Below are positions 11,890 through 25,120 of a DNA stretch of 53,048 nt, one piece after another. Under the pieces are notes generated by a model that made no database searches, was not told the DNA's origin, and was given only the letters and a program-made list of their open reading frames with translations. Numbering within the stretch: position 1 is the first letter of the stretch; the number at the start of each line of letters is the position of its first letter. Source of the stretch: Chiloscyllium plagiosum (Eukaryota); the NCBI RefSeq assembly GCF_004010195.1, contig NC_057718.1, forward strand, positions 94,597,205 through 94,650,252. The letters are read 5' to 3'. A program made the position numbers and the translations under genes.

Positions 11890-12260
11890 TTATGCTTGAG
11901 CTTTGAAGCCCACATTTCCCCAGGTAGCCTTTGGATCCTCTGCCTAACAAGAATCTATCTACCACCACTTCAAAAATGTTCAAAGGTGCACCTCCAACAC
12001 TTTCTGAGGTAGAGTTCCAAAGTCACACAATCCTCTGAGAGAGAAAAAAATCCTCATCTCTGTCCCAAGTGGGTGACCCCTAATTTTAAAATAGAACTCC
12101 CCTCCCCTCCCAGTTCTTGACTGAATCACGAGATGCCTACCTTTTCAAGACTGTTTGGATAGACATTGAAGTCACTCCTTACACTTCTAAACTCCTTTGG
12201 AAGCAAGTCCAGACTGTCCAACCTTCCCTCATCAGGCAAGCTGGTCTCTCCAGGTACCAA
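11890..12260 (-). mobile_element. Old, degenerate CR1 3' fragment
   Basis: Weak match to other minus-strand CR1 tails (agagttccaaagtcacacaatcctctgagag). Confidence 0.6.
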
Positions 12261-12309
12261 CCTTCAATGCGCCTGGAGTCACCTGTCGACCAGATCAGCT
12301 AAGGATCAT

Positions 12310-12485
12310 TGATTTCCTTCCCTAAAGGGCATGAAGGAACCAGATGGGTTTTATTTCTGATAATCAATAATGGCTTTGTGGTTGTTATTAGACATGGTGG
12401 AATTTGGACCCAAGTCCCCAGAACATCAGTTGAGTTTCCTGGATTAGTAGTCTAGCAATAATATGAATAGGCCATTGCCTCACCA
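12310..12485 (-). mobile_element. Second tRNA-derived SINE family copy
   Basis: gatttccttccctaaagggcat..gaaccagatgggtttt and head shared with 18610-18990, 36960-37160, 46050-46200. Confidence 0.7.
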
Positions 12486-12599
12486 CTTGTTCAGCCCTGT
12501 TAGAATTTTATAGGTTTCTATGAGAACTCCTCTCATCTTTCTGAACTCCAGTGACTACCTCTCCTCCTACATATGTCCCTCCATCCCAGGAATGAGTCT

Positions 12600-12905
12600 T
12601 CCTCACAGCACCAGGTTTGATTCCAGCTTTGGGTAACTGTCTGTGTGGACTTTCTCCCCGTGTCTGTGTAGGTTTCCTCTGGGTGCTCTGGTTTCCTCCC
12701 ACAGTCCAAAGATGTGCAGGTTAGGTGAATTGGCCATGCTACGTTGCCCTACAGTGTTCAGGGATGTGTTGGTTAGGTAGATTTGCCATGGGAAGTGTGG
12801 GGTTAGGCTTGGGATAGGGTCTGGGCAGGATGCTTTTCAGAGGGTCGGTGTGATGGGCTAAATAGCCTACTTCCACACTGTAGGGATTCTAGGATATGAT
12901 TCTAT
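12600..12905 (+). mobile_element. HE1-type SINE (5'-clipped) inserted in a minus-strand CR1 piece (12490-12965)
   Basis: B box ggtttgattcc, cagtccaaagatgtgcaggttagg core, tail cttccacactgtagggattcta. Confidence 0.88.
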
Positions 12906-14174
12906 GAACGTCCACTGCACTCCTGTATAACAAGAACATCCTTCCTCAGATAAGGAGGCCAAAACTGGGAACGTGGAAGCAAGATAGATAACCTGGCAGC
13001 TTTCATTGTGTTAGCTCTCCCCTTGTCAGGCAAGAAGTGGGGAGCCCATACTATGGGTTCCTTTGTATCCATTGGAGACAGCCCCTGAAGATCATACTTT
13101 CCCAGTCCAAACTATTGTACTTAACTCCGAGTCCAGGCTTTGTGACTTTCCCTCATCGGGGACTGAGTGATGGGCCCCATTGCTCGATGTTGGTACTGTT
13201 TGAACCCCAGAGCTGATGGTGGTGGATGCCCTGGTGTCCATAAATGAAGGCCACACCCAGCATCCTATCACTAGGGACAAGCTGGCAGCCTCGAGATTGA
13301 CTTTTCCATAGGAAAAAAAGGTAAGTATGTCTCCTCTAAAAATCCAGACCAGCATATCTGTTCCAGCTCTCTGCTCGAATGAATCCAAAACAATGCCACT
13401 CCTTGCTTGCTTGCAGCATGTTCCTTTTCGAGATGTTTATCTCTCTTTCCTTTGAAGAATACACCAACCGCTGCAACAATGATTCCCTTCAGCAAAGCTG
13501 TGAATGCCATCACAGATCTTTGTGAAAAGATTTTTTTTTGCTTAATCTCTTTTTTACTGGAAGTAAGCTGTCAATGTTAACACAAAGAACAGCCTCCGCA
13601 CATGGAAACATCTCCTGCGCTTGGAGAAACCAACATAGGACTCTGGCAGCCAAACGTTCCCAGAAAAGGAACATCAAGTTTACGCAGCTCTGACGGACTT
13701 AGCAGCCAATATTGAATTCACAGTAAGATGTTCGGCCTTCCCTCCACAGCTGCTATTGATCTATTTTCTGTCCGTAACGTTGGCGCTGAGCTTTGAGTTG
13801 CCTGCCAGTTCAACACACCACCATGACCTCTGATCCACTTTCCCATACGCCTTAGACACCCAGAAAATATTGAAGAAAAGGCCTGTTGAAGAAAGATGAT
13901 ACCTTTTGAAACGCTGACACAGGCTGGGACTGTCCAAAACGCTGGGTAGGCCACAACTGGAGAACTGCCTACACTTCTAGTCACAACGTTATAGGGAAAA
14001 TATGATTGTCCTAGAGAGGGTGACAGAGGAGATTTACCAGGATGTTGTCCAGAATAGAGAGTCTGAGCAGTGAGGGAAGACTGCACAGGCTGGAATTGCC
14101 TTCCTTGGAGCAGTGTAGGTTGAGGGAGATCAGATGGAGATGCAGAAGATTATGAATGGCATAGATGGGGTGGA

Positions 14175-14531
14175 GCTGAAAAATGTGTTGCTGGAAAAGC
14201 GCAGCAGGTCAGGCAGCATCCAAGGAGCAGGAGAATCGACGTTTCGGGCATAAGCCCTTCTTCAGGCATGAGAAAGGTGTGCCAAGCAGGCTAAGATAAA
14301 AGGTAAAGGGGAGGGACTTGGGGGAGGGGTGTTGGGAATGCGATAGGTGGAAGGAGGTTAAGGTGAGGGTGATAGGCCGGAGAGGGGGTGGAGGCAGAGA
14401 GGTCGGGAAAAAGATTGCAGGTCAAGAGGGCAGTGCTGAGTTCGAGGGTTGGGACTGAGATAAGGGGAGGGGAAATGAGGAAGCTGGAGAAATCTGCATT
14501 TATCCCTGCTCCCCCCACCCCTCCCCCTTCC
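14175..14531 (-). mobile_element. Penelope-like pLTR/3' region with hammerhead core
   Basis: Reverse match to 38240-38589; TSD catagatggggtgga (14160-14174) / catagatagggtgga (14532-14546). Confidence 0.85.
14234..14269 (-). ncRNA. Minimal type I hammerhead ribozyme motif
   Basis: Minus strand CTGAAGA-A-GGGC-TTAT-GCCC-GAAAC-GTC. Confidence 0.65.
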
Positions 14532-15094
14532 CATAGATAGGGTGGATACTTTTTCTGTTTGTACAGGGGTCAATAGCCAAGGAGAATGGGTTTAAGGTAA
14601 GAGGTGAAGGCTAAAAGAAGCATTGAGGAGAATTTTTGTCTTACTCAGAGGATGGTGGGAATCTGTATTTCACTAACTGAAAGGTTAGCTGACTCTTGTA
14701 ACATGCAAGCAGTATTTTGACATTCCCTTGTATTGCCATAGCCTCCCGTGATGATGGGCCAAGTGCTGGAAAGTGGGATTGGTGCAGATAGAGTATGATT
14801 GATCAGGGTGGAAATAATTGGCTGAATGGCCTCCTTCTAATCTCTAATCATTTATGAGTATGCCAAGCATTCCACATACGTGCCTTAAGGCAAATGAAAA
14901 CACACTCTAAATCACAACAGCTAAGAAATCTCTTAAAAATTGTCAGCCAGTTAGAAAATGCCATTATGTTGGTGGTTTGATCAGACCTGAACAATGACAC
15001 AGATCTCTTCACAAGGGCAAAGTGGACAGCCGTGGTAAGTGGGGATGACCTGAACGTAGTTGGATGGTAAATGTCACTGTGAGGTAGCAAATGA

Positions 15095-16855
15095 GATAGA
15101 ACATAGAAAATAGAACAGTCCAGGCCCTTCGGCCCATGATGTTGTGCTGGCCTTCTATCCTACTTTAAGATCAGACTAACCTACGTACCCTTCATTGTAC
15201 TATCTTCCATGTGCCTATCCAACAGTCGCTTAAATATCCCGAATGTATCTGACTCTACTACCACTGCTGGCAGTGCATTCCACGCACCCTCCATTCTCTG
15301 AGTAAAGACCTTACCTCTGACATCTCCCCTAAATCTTCCTCCAATCACCTTAAAATTATGCCTCCTCATGAAAGACATTTCCACCATGGGAAGAAGTCTC
15401 TGGCTATTTACTTTACCTATGCCTCTCAACATCTTGTAGACCTCTAGCAAGTCATCTGTTATCCTTCTTCGCTCAGTGAGAAAAGCCCTAGCTCCCTCAA
15501 TCTTTCTCCATAAGACATACCCTCCAGTCCAGGCAGCATCCTGGTAAATCTCCTCTGCACACTCTCTAAAGCTTCCACATCGTTCCTACAATGAGGTGAC
15601 CAGAACTGCACACAATATTCCACATGTGGTCTAACCAGGACTTTATAGAGTTGCAGCATGACCTTGTGGCTCTTAAACTCAATCCCCCCGCTAATGAAAA
15701 CAACACACTATATGCCTTCTTAAAAATCCTATCAACCTGGATGGCAACGTTGAGGGATCTATGGACATGGAACCCAAAATCTCTCTGTTCCTCCACACTG
15801 TCAAGAACTCTGCCTTTAACTGTGTATTCTGCAAACAAATTCAACCTTCCAAAGTGAATCACTTCACACTTTTCCAGATCGAACTCCATCTGCCACTTAT
15901 CAGCCCAATTCTGCATCCTGTCATGTCTCATTGCAACCTACAACAGCCTTCCACACTATCCGCAACTTCACCAACCTTCATGTCATCGGCAAACTTACTA
16001 ACCCACCATATCACTTCCTCATCCAAGTCATTTATTAAAATCTCAAAGAGCAGAGGTTCCAAAACCAATCCCTGCGGAACACTGCTGGTTGCTGAGCTCC
16101 AGGCTGAATACTTTCCATCTACCACCGCCCTCTGTCTTCTATGGGCCAGCCAATTCTGTATCCAGACAGACAGTTTTCCCTGTATTCCGTGCCCCTTACT
16201 TTCTGATTGAGCCTACTATGGGGAACCTTATCAAACAGCTTGCGAAAATCCATGTATACCCCACCCACTGCTCTACCTTCATTAATGTGTTTTGTCACAT
16301 CCTCAAAGAGTTCAATAAGGTTTGTGAGGCATGACCTGCCACTTACAAAGCCATGCTGACTATCTCTAATCAAACTATAGTTTTCCAAGTTTTCATAAAT
16401 CCTGTGTCTCAGAATTCTCTAATACTTGACTGGTCTGTAATTCCCAGGATTATCCCTACTCCCTTTCTTGATTAAGGGAATAACATTTGCTACTCTCCAA
16501 ACATCTGGCACTACTCCAGTAGACAGTGAGGACACAAAGATCATGACCAAAGGCGCAGCAATCTCTTTCCTCGCTTTGTGTAGTAACCCATAGTATATCC
16601 TGTCTGGCCCAGGGGATTTGTCTATCCTTACGTTTTTCAAAACTTTCAAACATCCTCCTTCCTAACATCAACCTGTTCGAGCGTATCGGTCTGTCATGCT
16701 GTCCTCAGAGATGGCAAGGTCCCTCTCAAGAGTGAATAGTGAGGCAAAGTATTCTTTGGGACTCCCCTATTTCCTCCGACTCCAGGCGCAAGTTCCCTTC
16801 ACTATCCCTGATCGGCCCTACTCTCAGTCTGGCCATCTTTTTGTTTCTCACATAA
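15095..16855 (-). mobile_element. CR1 LINE fragment (RT and 3' UTR), frameshifted
   Basis: KSPGPD, NYRPV, QHGF, VYMDF..FDKVPH, VPQG, KFADD, LVRPHVEYCVQFW across consecutive ORFs; (atagaac)n tail. Confidence 0.95.
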
Positions 16856-16999
16856 GAGATACAAGGGATGTGTGAGGATAATGTAAGACAAATAATAAAT
16901 ATGGCATCCCATGACAGGAGTGGATGTGTGCAATAGAAGATCACTGATCTCTGGTAATCTCCAGTTTTTAATGCATCTTTTAAGGAAGGATGTCGAAAC

Positions 17000-17430
17000 A
17001 TCAGGAAGTTTACAGGGAAGATTAATGCAAATGGTTCCTGAGATGAGGGACTTTTAGCTATGTGGGCAGGCTAAAGAGACTGGGGCTGGTATCCATAGAG
17101 AATGGGAGATTAAGAGGAGATTTGAATCAAGTGTACAAAGTCACAAGATGTCTGGACAGAGCAGAAAGAACAAAAATGCTTCAAATGATAGAAGGTTCAA
17201 AACTCAGAAAATACTGATTTAAGGTGATTGGCAAAAGAACCAAAGGTGACATGAGGGAAAAATTTAGAAGCAGTAAATGGTTAGTATTTGGAATTCAGTA
17301 CTAAGTGTTGGAGAGGTAGATTCAACTGTGGCTTTCAAAAGGGAATTGAATAATTATTCATTAGATGTAATTTGAGGGATTGTGGGACTCCTGGGGCAAA
17401 TAGCCTACTTCAGTGCTTCCTGATTTTATG
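17000..17430 (+). mobile_element. Old CR1 3' fragment
   Basis: gagattaagaggagatttgaatcaagtgtacaaa and tttaaggtgattggcaaaagaaccaaaggtgacatgagg. Confidence 0.7.
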
Positions 17431-18249
17431 GCCTTTCATATTGAACTTTATGCTTCACCTCACTGTCTGCCTGGTTTAGCCATTCTTACACTGGTGAGTG
17501 CTGATTCTTATCATTAAATAACACAAGTGAACAGACCATTTTACCATCAGAATAAGGTTTCCATCCTGATCTGCACCCTCCCCTCTCTCCCCATCAAAAG
17601 GTACAAATAATTGGGATAATAATGTGGATTGTGGCTGACCCCTTGATAACATTCAACATCTGAATTGCTTTGGCATGGAAATATTTCACTTGGAAGACAT
17701 ATTTTACTTTCTAGCTTCATGAATGAGAAAGATAAAATTAGTCAGGCACAAATAATGAGGGGTGGGGAGGCTATCCAAGCGCTTTGCCAAGACAATGTAA
17801 GGAAAAGTAGCTCAGAAATAGCCATTGGCTAATGAGGAAGTCATGTTTGGAAACTGGAATTCCTCCAAAAGCCATGAACTTGACATGCTTAGGAAATGAT
17901 TGAAGTATTGCAAATGAGATCAAACAATGTTATGTTGGTGGTTAAGCCTATATGTAACATTGTACCATGTGTCACATCTTCCTGGAGCCACTCACCACAC
18001 CCAACACCACCCTTTCAATTGGAAACAGTGGAAGGCGATGACACTGCTTAATTATTCTCTTAATCACAGCAATACAATTTCCTTTCTATATGATGTAAGA
18101 AAGTTGGGAGATGTCCCGTTTAGCTTGCATTTCACAAGTGGCAGTCATTCTCAATGATGTATTCTGTACCAGGACAATCTTCTGTCTATAACAGATGAAA
18201 GATCTAATTTCCACCGGATTTTCCCTTGTCCACATCACTTCTTGTCACA

Positions 18250-18506
18250 TTAGATTAGATTAGATTAGATTACTTACAGTGTGGAAACAGCCCTTCGGCC
18301 CAACAAGTCCACACCGCCCCGCCGAAGCGCAACCCACCCATACCCCTACATTTACCCCTTACCTAACACTACGGGCAATTTACCATGGCCAATTCACCTG
18401 ACCTGCACATCTTTGGACTGTGGGAGGAAACCAGAGCACCCGGAGGAAACCCACGCAGACATGGGGAGAACGTGCAAACTCCACACAGTCAGTCGCCTGA
18501 GGCGGG
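18250..18506 (-). mobile_element. Young HE1-type SINE, 5'-truncated, with (TAGAT)n tail
   Basis: Near-identical to 8495-8740; ttagattagattagattagatt at 18250-18272. Confidence 0.92.
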
Positions 18507-18589
18507 AAGCTTTTTCCTATTTTGAAGCAGTAAATAGGAAAGCATTTGAAGCTTTTTCCTATTTTAAGTTCACATTTACATGAGTTTTC

Positions 18590-18990
18590 TCCATTGTTTG
18601 TTTATGTTCTATTCTGGGGTGGGGTATATTGGCTGGAAGTAAGCATTCATTGTGTACCCTTAACTGTTCTTGAATAGATAGACTCCTGGCCATCACAAAG
18701 GGAGTGTTATGGGATAACCACGTTTCTATGAGCATGGAGTTACACACAGGACAGACCAGACAAGGAAGACAGATTTCCTTTTTGAAATTATATCAATAAT
18801 TACATGTAAATTAATCAGAGAGGTTTTCAAGACAATGCCATTAGACTAATTTTTTTCCCCTTTATTCTAGGATTAGTTGAAGTCAAATTTCACCCTTTGC
18901 CATGGCAGAAGTTTGAATCCATATCTCCAAGTATTAGCCTGGGACTCTAGATTCCTAATCCACTGACATTATCACTACACCGCTGCCTCT
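18590..18990 (-). mobile_element. Second tRNA-derived SINE family, degenerate near-complete copy
   Basis: cagaccagacaaggaagacagatttcctt and reverse head gggactctagattcctaatccactgacattatcactacac. Confidence 0.65.
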
Positions 18991-19237
18991 CCTATACCTT
19001 GTAGTCTTATGCCACTGCAGTGCAGTTTTCCATTCAGTAAGTAAAGGTTTTGCTAACATCCTTCAGAAAATGCTGAAGCTGCCACATGATCACACCAGCA
19101 GCTGAAAGCAGGAAGATGGCAGGCAGTTAAAACTGAAACTGGGAAACCCCTCATATTTCCTATAGTCCCCAGGCTTCCTGTGCTTCTTGCTGCACTGTGT
19201 ATATCACACTTCTGCTGTTTCCATTTCCAGCCACATC

Positions 19238-21940
19238 TAGAACAAAAAACAAAGAACAATACAGCACAGGTACAGGCCCTTAAGCCCTCCAAGGCCACAT
19301 TTTGTCCTTCCATATTAAAACTGACTTCACATGCAGGATGCATATCCCTCTATTCCTTTCTTATCCATGGGCTTCTTGAATGCTGCTATTGTGTCTGCTT
19401 CCACTACCTCCTCTGGCAGCGCATTCCAGGCACGTACCACCCTTTGTGTGAAAAACATGCCTCGCACATTTCTTTTAAACTTCCCCACCTCGCACCTTGA
19501 ACCTGTATCTGCTAGTACTTGACCCCTCCACCCTGGGAAAGAGTCTCATGTTTCCCACTCTACCCATGTTGTTCACAATCTTATAAACTTCTAGAAGGTC
19601 GGCACTCAACTTCCAGTGAAAATAAACCCAGTCTAGCCAACCTTCCTTCATAGCTAAAATCCCTCATACCGGGCAACATTGTAGTAAACATTTTCTGTAT
19701 CCTCTCCAAAGCATTCACATCCTTCTGGTAGGGTGGTGACCAGAATTGTACACAATGTTTCAACTGTGGCCTAAATAAAGCTGCAGCATAACTTGTCTAT
19801 CTTTATACTCAATGCCTCTTCTAATGAAGGCAAGCATGCCATAAGCCTTTTTTACTACCATATCAACCTGCACTGCCACCTTCGGTGGACCTGCACACCC
19901 AGATTCCTCTGCATATTAATACTCCTAAAGGTTCTGCCATTCACTGTATAATTTCTACCCATATCAAAATGCATCACCTCATGTTTGTCTGGATTAAACT
20001 CCATCTGCCATTTTCCTGCCCATGTCTCCAACTGAAGTAAACCCTGCTGTATCCTCTGACAATACTCCTCATTATCTGCAACTCCACCACTTTTTGTATC
20101 ATCTGCAAACTTACTAATTAGACCCTGTGGAAAACGATTAGTCGCAGTCCTCCATTCTGAAAAACATCCTTCCACCTCTACCCTCTGTCTCCTATGGCCC
20201 TCACTTAGCCACCTCCAATCAACACTCTCCAGTTCCTGCTTAATATTGTTGTCGTTCATCTTCCCACAGTTTAACATCTTCACCCAAGGACTGTTATTAT
20301 TCCCAACCATTAGTATCTTAAAACTCATGGTATAAGGTCACTACTCCCAAAATGATCTCCTACTGAAACTACACTCACCTGGCCGGACTCATTTCCCAAA
20401 ACCAGCTTCAGTACAACCTGTTCACTGGTTGACTGATAACATACTGTGTCAAGAAACCCTCCTGATATGGTCCTTACAAATTCTGCTCAGTCCAAGCCCT
20501 TAGCACAACATGAGCCCCAGCCAATATAGGGGAAATCATCCACCACAACAACCCTGCCATTTTTACAACTTTCTAAAATTTGTCTACATGTTCTCTCCTC
20601 CATCTCCTGCTGGCCTGTAATATACCCCCAGCATTGTGATTTCACCTTTTCTATTCCTGACTTTTACCCACATTGCCTTGATGCACGAGTCCTCTGAAGT
20701 ATCCTCCTGAAGTACAGTTGTGAGGCACTCCTTTATCAGTAATGCAATACCCCCAACCCTTTTACATCCCCTTCTAACACACCTGAAACATTTACTTCCT
20801 GCCACATTCAGCTGCCAGTCCTGTCACACTTTCAGCCAAGACTCTGTAATTGCAATAATGTCATCGTTCCAAGTATTAAACAAAACTCTGAGTCCATCTA
20901 TCTTCCCTATTCTACTTCTTGCACTGAAATACATGCATTTCAGACCATTTCCCCTGCTCTTTTCAACAACATTGTTCTTAGTCATGTTTTCCCTGGTTTC
21001 TACCTCTCCCTCAATTTCTGCATCCACTGTCCTACTCCTCTGGTTCCCATCCCTCCTGCCACACTAGTTTAAACCCACCCGAACCATTCTACCAAGTCTC
21101 CACGCCCCCAAGGACATCAGTCCTGCTCCTGCCCAGGTGTAGCCCATCCAGTTTGTACAGGTCCCACATTGTACAGGTCCCCCTCACCCCACCTTCTCAG
21201 CCACACAGTCATCTTATATATCCTGCTGTTTCTACTCTGACTGGTTCATGGCACCAGTAGTAATCCCGAGATAAGTACCTTTGAGGGCCTACATTTCAAC
21301 TTTCTCTCTAGTTCTCAGTATACTACTTTCAGGACCTCATCCTTTTTTTAATCTATGTCGTGAGTACCAACGTGTAAATGACCACTGGCCGTTCGCCCTC
21401 CCCCTCCTGCAACTGCTCTGAGACATTTCGGACCCGAGCACCATGGAGGCAACACACCATCTTAGACTCTCATTTGCAGCTAGAGAAATGACTATCTATT
21501 GTCTTTACGATGGAATCCCCTAATACTATAACTATTTCACCCTCCCACTGCAGCAGAGCCAATCATGGGTGCCATGAATTTGGCTGATGCTGTTATCTCC
21601 TGAGAGACCATCCCCTCAGCAGTATCCAAAATGGTATCTCTGTTGTGCAGGGGAGTAGCCACAGGAGATTCCTGCACTGCTGGCTTAGCCCTCCTGCTCT
21701 GCCTGATGGTCACCCATTCCCTTCCTGCCCATGACCTCCTCTCTATACATGCTATCCACAGTATTCTCCACCTTGTGAATGCTCCACTGTGTCTCCAGGC
21801 GCCACTCCAACTCCGAAACTCGGGATTTCAGCTGGAGACACTCTTTGCACACCTGCAGTTCCCAGGCACCGGAAGGGTGCCCACCTACCCACATCGAGCA
21901 AGAGGAACATACTATGGTTTGGAGCTCTCCTGTCATTTCT
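19238..21940 (-). mobile_element. Internally deleted CR1 LINE: ORF1 (Cys-rich/coiled-coil N-terminus), endonuclease, partial RT, 3' tail
   Basis: ORF 21685-21936 CSSCSMW..CKECLQL..RVSELE; 20824-21027 CMYFSARS..DIIAITESWL; 20584 GGIALLIKE..GVYYRP; 19855 KFADDTK; tail at 19238. Confidence 0.9.
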
Positions 21941-22404
21941 TACTCTTTTAACTTAATAAATCCTTACAATGTCAAATACTTTTCGCTTCTGACGCTACAA
22001 TTTCTCAAAATTTAGCTGTCACTCACCGACAACAGTTTCAGAAACCATTTACGCTCACACTCCTATACCCGCTGGAACTCTTGCTGCCCACTGTCCTCTT
22101 GCAATGATCTGTCTGTTGTCCTCTGAACCTTGCCTCTCCTATTAGTCTGAGAGACTGGCCTTCACTCCTGAATCTGGGGAATGGAGAGAGGCTTTAACAT
22201 TGTACTTCCATTCTGGAGGTTCATGGAACTCCTGGAAGCAAACTATCATGGAATGTTTCTGATCCCAAACATGTCCTTCTGAAGGAGAGGCCATCTTTAA
22301 CTTAGATACTGGTCATCAACATTCCTCGGTTCAGGGGTTGTATGTGAAACCAGCCAGCGGGATGTTTGTGAGTTAAATGACAACAGTAAAGGTGACTCAA
22401 GGAT

Positions 22405-22965
22405 TCCCAGCTCCACCACATCCCAGCACCTCCACCGCACCCCAGTATCCCTGCACATCCCAGCTCCCCTAACACATCCCAGCACCTCCACCACATCCCA
22501 GCACCTCCACCACACCCCAGCATCCCTGCCACATTNNNNNNNNNNNNNNNNNNNNNNNNNNNNNNNNNNNNNNNNNNNNNNNNNNNNNNNNNNNNNNNNN
22601 NNNNNNNNNNNNNNNNNNNNNNNNNNNNNNNNNNNNNNNNNNNNNNNNNNNNNNNNNNNNNNNNNNNNNNNNNNNNNNNNNNNNNNNNNNNNNNNNNNNN
22701 NNNNNNNNNNNNNNNNNNNNNNNNNNNNNNNNNNNNNNNNNNNATCTGCACCACACCCCAAATCCCCTACCACACATGAGCTCCCCTACCATATCCCAGC
22801 ACCTCCACCACACCCCAGCTCCCCTACCACATCCCAGCTCCTCACCACACTCCAGCACCTCCTCTACATCCCATCACCTCTACCACATCACAGCACCTAC
22901 ACCTTATCCCAGTACTGTACCTCCACCACATCCCAGTACTCCTACTACACCCAGCTCCCTTACCA
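22405..22965. repeat. ~19-bp C/A-rich minisatellite (ccaccacatcccagcacct)n spanning an assembly gap
   Basis: Unit repeated on both sides of the N run. Confidence 0.9.
22536..22743. other. Assembly gap (208 N)
   Basis: N run. Confidence 1.
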
Positions 22966-23814
22966 TATGTATTGCAGGGACATAATTGGTTCTGAAATGG
23001 CTTCTGTATTTAATAATGTCTCAGTGCTATCATTTAAGCATTGTCAGGTACCATAGCCATTTCAGCACCTAAAACCTTCATATAACAAGAGGTGAACCAA
23101 ATTGACTGAAGCCTGGAGATCTCAGGCAGAGGCAGGGATGAATCATCCACCTGACACTTTCAGCTGACGATCAATGACAATGCTTCAATATTGTCTTTTG
23201 TACAGTGTCTCAAGGGTTCCCATGTGGAATGTTGGTAAGGGAGAGAGGGGGAATATGTGTCTGATGATGGCTCCACGATGGAGTTGGTGAAAGTAGCAGT
23301 TTACGATCCTTTGAATGCAGATGCTGTTGTGATGGTAAGTGAGGACCAGAATTCGACAGAGTTGGGCAGTGCCTCAGTGAACTGGTCCATGTTTGGATTC
23401 ATTTGCATTGCATTAGATTTGCTTGAACCAGACTAATGGGTTTGATTGGTTTGGTTTGATGGGATTTGTTTTTAGATTTTTAAAAAAATATCAGTCATGT
23501 TTAGACACACCTTTGGACGAGGTTGGGCTTGAACCCAGAGGTAAGGACACTACCACTGTGCCCAAGACTTCACAGGGTTGATATCCAGCTGGACTGGTTG
23601 TTTGGATTATATTCGATCGTGCACAGAGAATGTGATTGGACTGTAATTTGATTAAAATTGTAATTCTTGGATGGATCTAAACTCATTTCCGACAGTTTTC
23701 TTTTGGCACAGTAATTGATTCAGCCTATTGTGTTTCTAGCAGGGGATTTCTACACAGTAGTCTGCCAACAGTTGTCCCTCATCGCTTAAAAGCAACAGAT
23801 GATTTGGCCGCTGT

Positions 23815-23970
23815 CGTATTCCTGTTCATGGGAGTTTGCTGTTTGTGAAATCAGCTCCTGCTACTCCCACACAACAGCACTGATTGAATTTCAAAGGAAC
23901 TTTGTTGTAAATCACTTCAGACCATTTTGAGGTATTGATAGGTCCTGTATAAATGTAAGCATTTCTGTCT
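23815..23970 (+). mobile_element. Ancient SINE 3' part (DeuSINE/SacSINE1-like)
   Basis: tgggagtttgctgt...acaacag...ttcaaag...tataaatgtaag resembles the AmnSINE/SacSINE-type 3' region (recalled, not searched). Confidence 0.45.
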
Positions 23971-24699
23971 TGCTGCTTTTGCTTGAAATGTTTTATTTTA
24001 TGATTTATTTTCCTATTCGCTCCTTGTAGTTAGATCTTTGCCCTTGTCTCCTATTTTTGTTCTGCATAAAACAACTCCTTAATCAACCATATAATTAAAT
24101 ATTAAACTGTAAATAAATAATTGAACATTGCCTTTTATTCCTGTACACTTCAGCTCTCCACCCTCACATTTCCTTTGCAAATGCTTCCACCTGATTGTTG
24201 CTATCTTAGTCTTGATGAGGCTCGCATTATAAGAAAGAAGGTCATCAATCATGAGCCATAATTGCTTTGAGTGTACAACCCAGCAGTGTGTGGAACACAA
24301 GGATTTATTTGAAGTGAAGCTTAAGATGTCGAGTGTGCATTGTGGCAGCTGTAATGTGGCAATGGCGGACCAGGGTAGACATTTGTATATGTTTACAGTT
24401 CAATTCAAACTTCCTTCTTTTGTTAAAAAAATGGAAAAAGCATAACATGTGTTATCATTTTTAGTTCCCCAATGATATGCATTGGTAATTTCATGGCATA
24501 GCAATTTACAATTTTCATCAATCTCTGTGAATACATTGCACATATAGTCCTTAAACTATGCTGGTCTTTTAATGGTACTGTGTGTTGTTGTTGGCTGTTC
24601 ACATGGGAAATGGCCAGGGATTGTCATTCCTTAGTAGGTACTTGTTGCAGTAGTATTCATTGCTGTTTTATTTCTCTTATTGGATTGCTGTTGTATTAG

Positions 24700-25120
24700 A
24701 GATTGTCAGCACAGAAACAAATCCGTCAGGCCAATTCATCCATGCCAACCAGACATCCTAAAGTAATCTAGTCTCATTTGCCAGCATTTGGCCCATATCC
24801 CTCTAAACCTTTCCTATTCATATACCCATCCAGATACCCTTTACATGTTGTAATTGTACTCACCTCCACCATTGGCAGCTCATTCCATACACCCACTACC
24901 TTCTGTGTGAAAACATTGCCCTTTCAGGTCCCTTTTCAATCTTTCCCCTCTCACCCAAAACCTGTGCCCTCTGGTTCTGGACTCACCCATCCCAGGGAAT
25001 AGACCTTGTCCTATCCATGACTCTTATGGTTTTATAAACCTCTATAAGGTCACCCCTCAGCCTCCGACACTCCAGGACAAACAGCCCCAGCCTATACAGC
25101 TTCTCTTTGTACCTCAAACC
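24700..25120 (-). mobile_element. CR1/HER1 LINE 3' fragment
   Basis: ttttataaacctctataaggtcacccctcagcctccg; reverse of 8250-8950. Confidence 0.9.

Larger units (their letters stand above)
13900..14845 (+). mobile_element. Old CR1 3' fragment interrupted by a Penelope-like insertion
   Basis: aggagatttaccaggatgttg and 3' tail ggctgaatggcctccttct. Confidence 0.75.

Noticed and set aside
13261..13330. Strong plus-strand donor aag|gtaagt
   Set aside because: All three upstream frames hit a stop within 50 bp, and it abuts an old CR1 tail.
22405..22965. CRISPR-like array
   Set aside because: Contiguous degenerate tandem units with no unique spacers, in a vertebrate context.
22297..22985. Gly/Cys/Trp-rich or Pro/His-rich ORFs
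   Set aside because: Translations of a minisatellite and an N gap.
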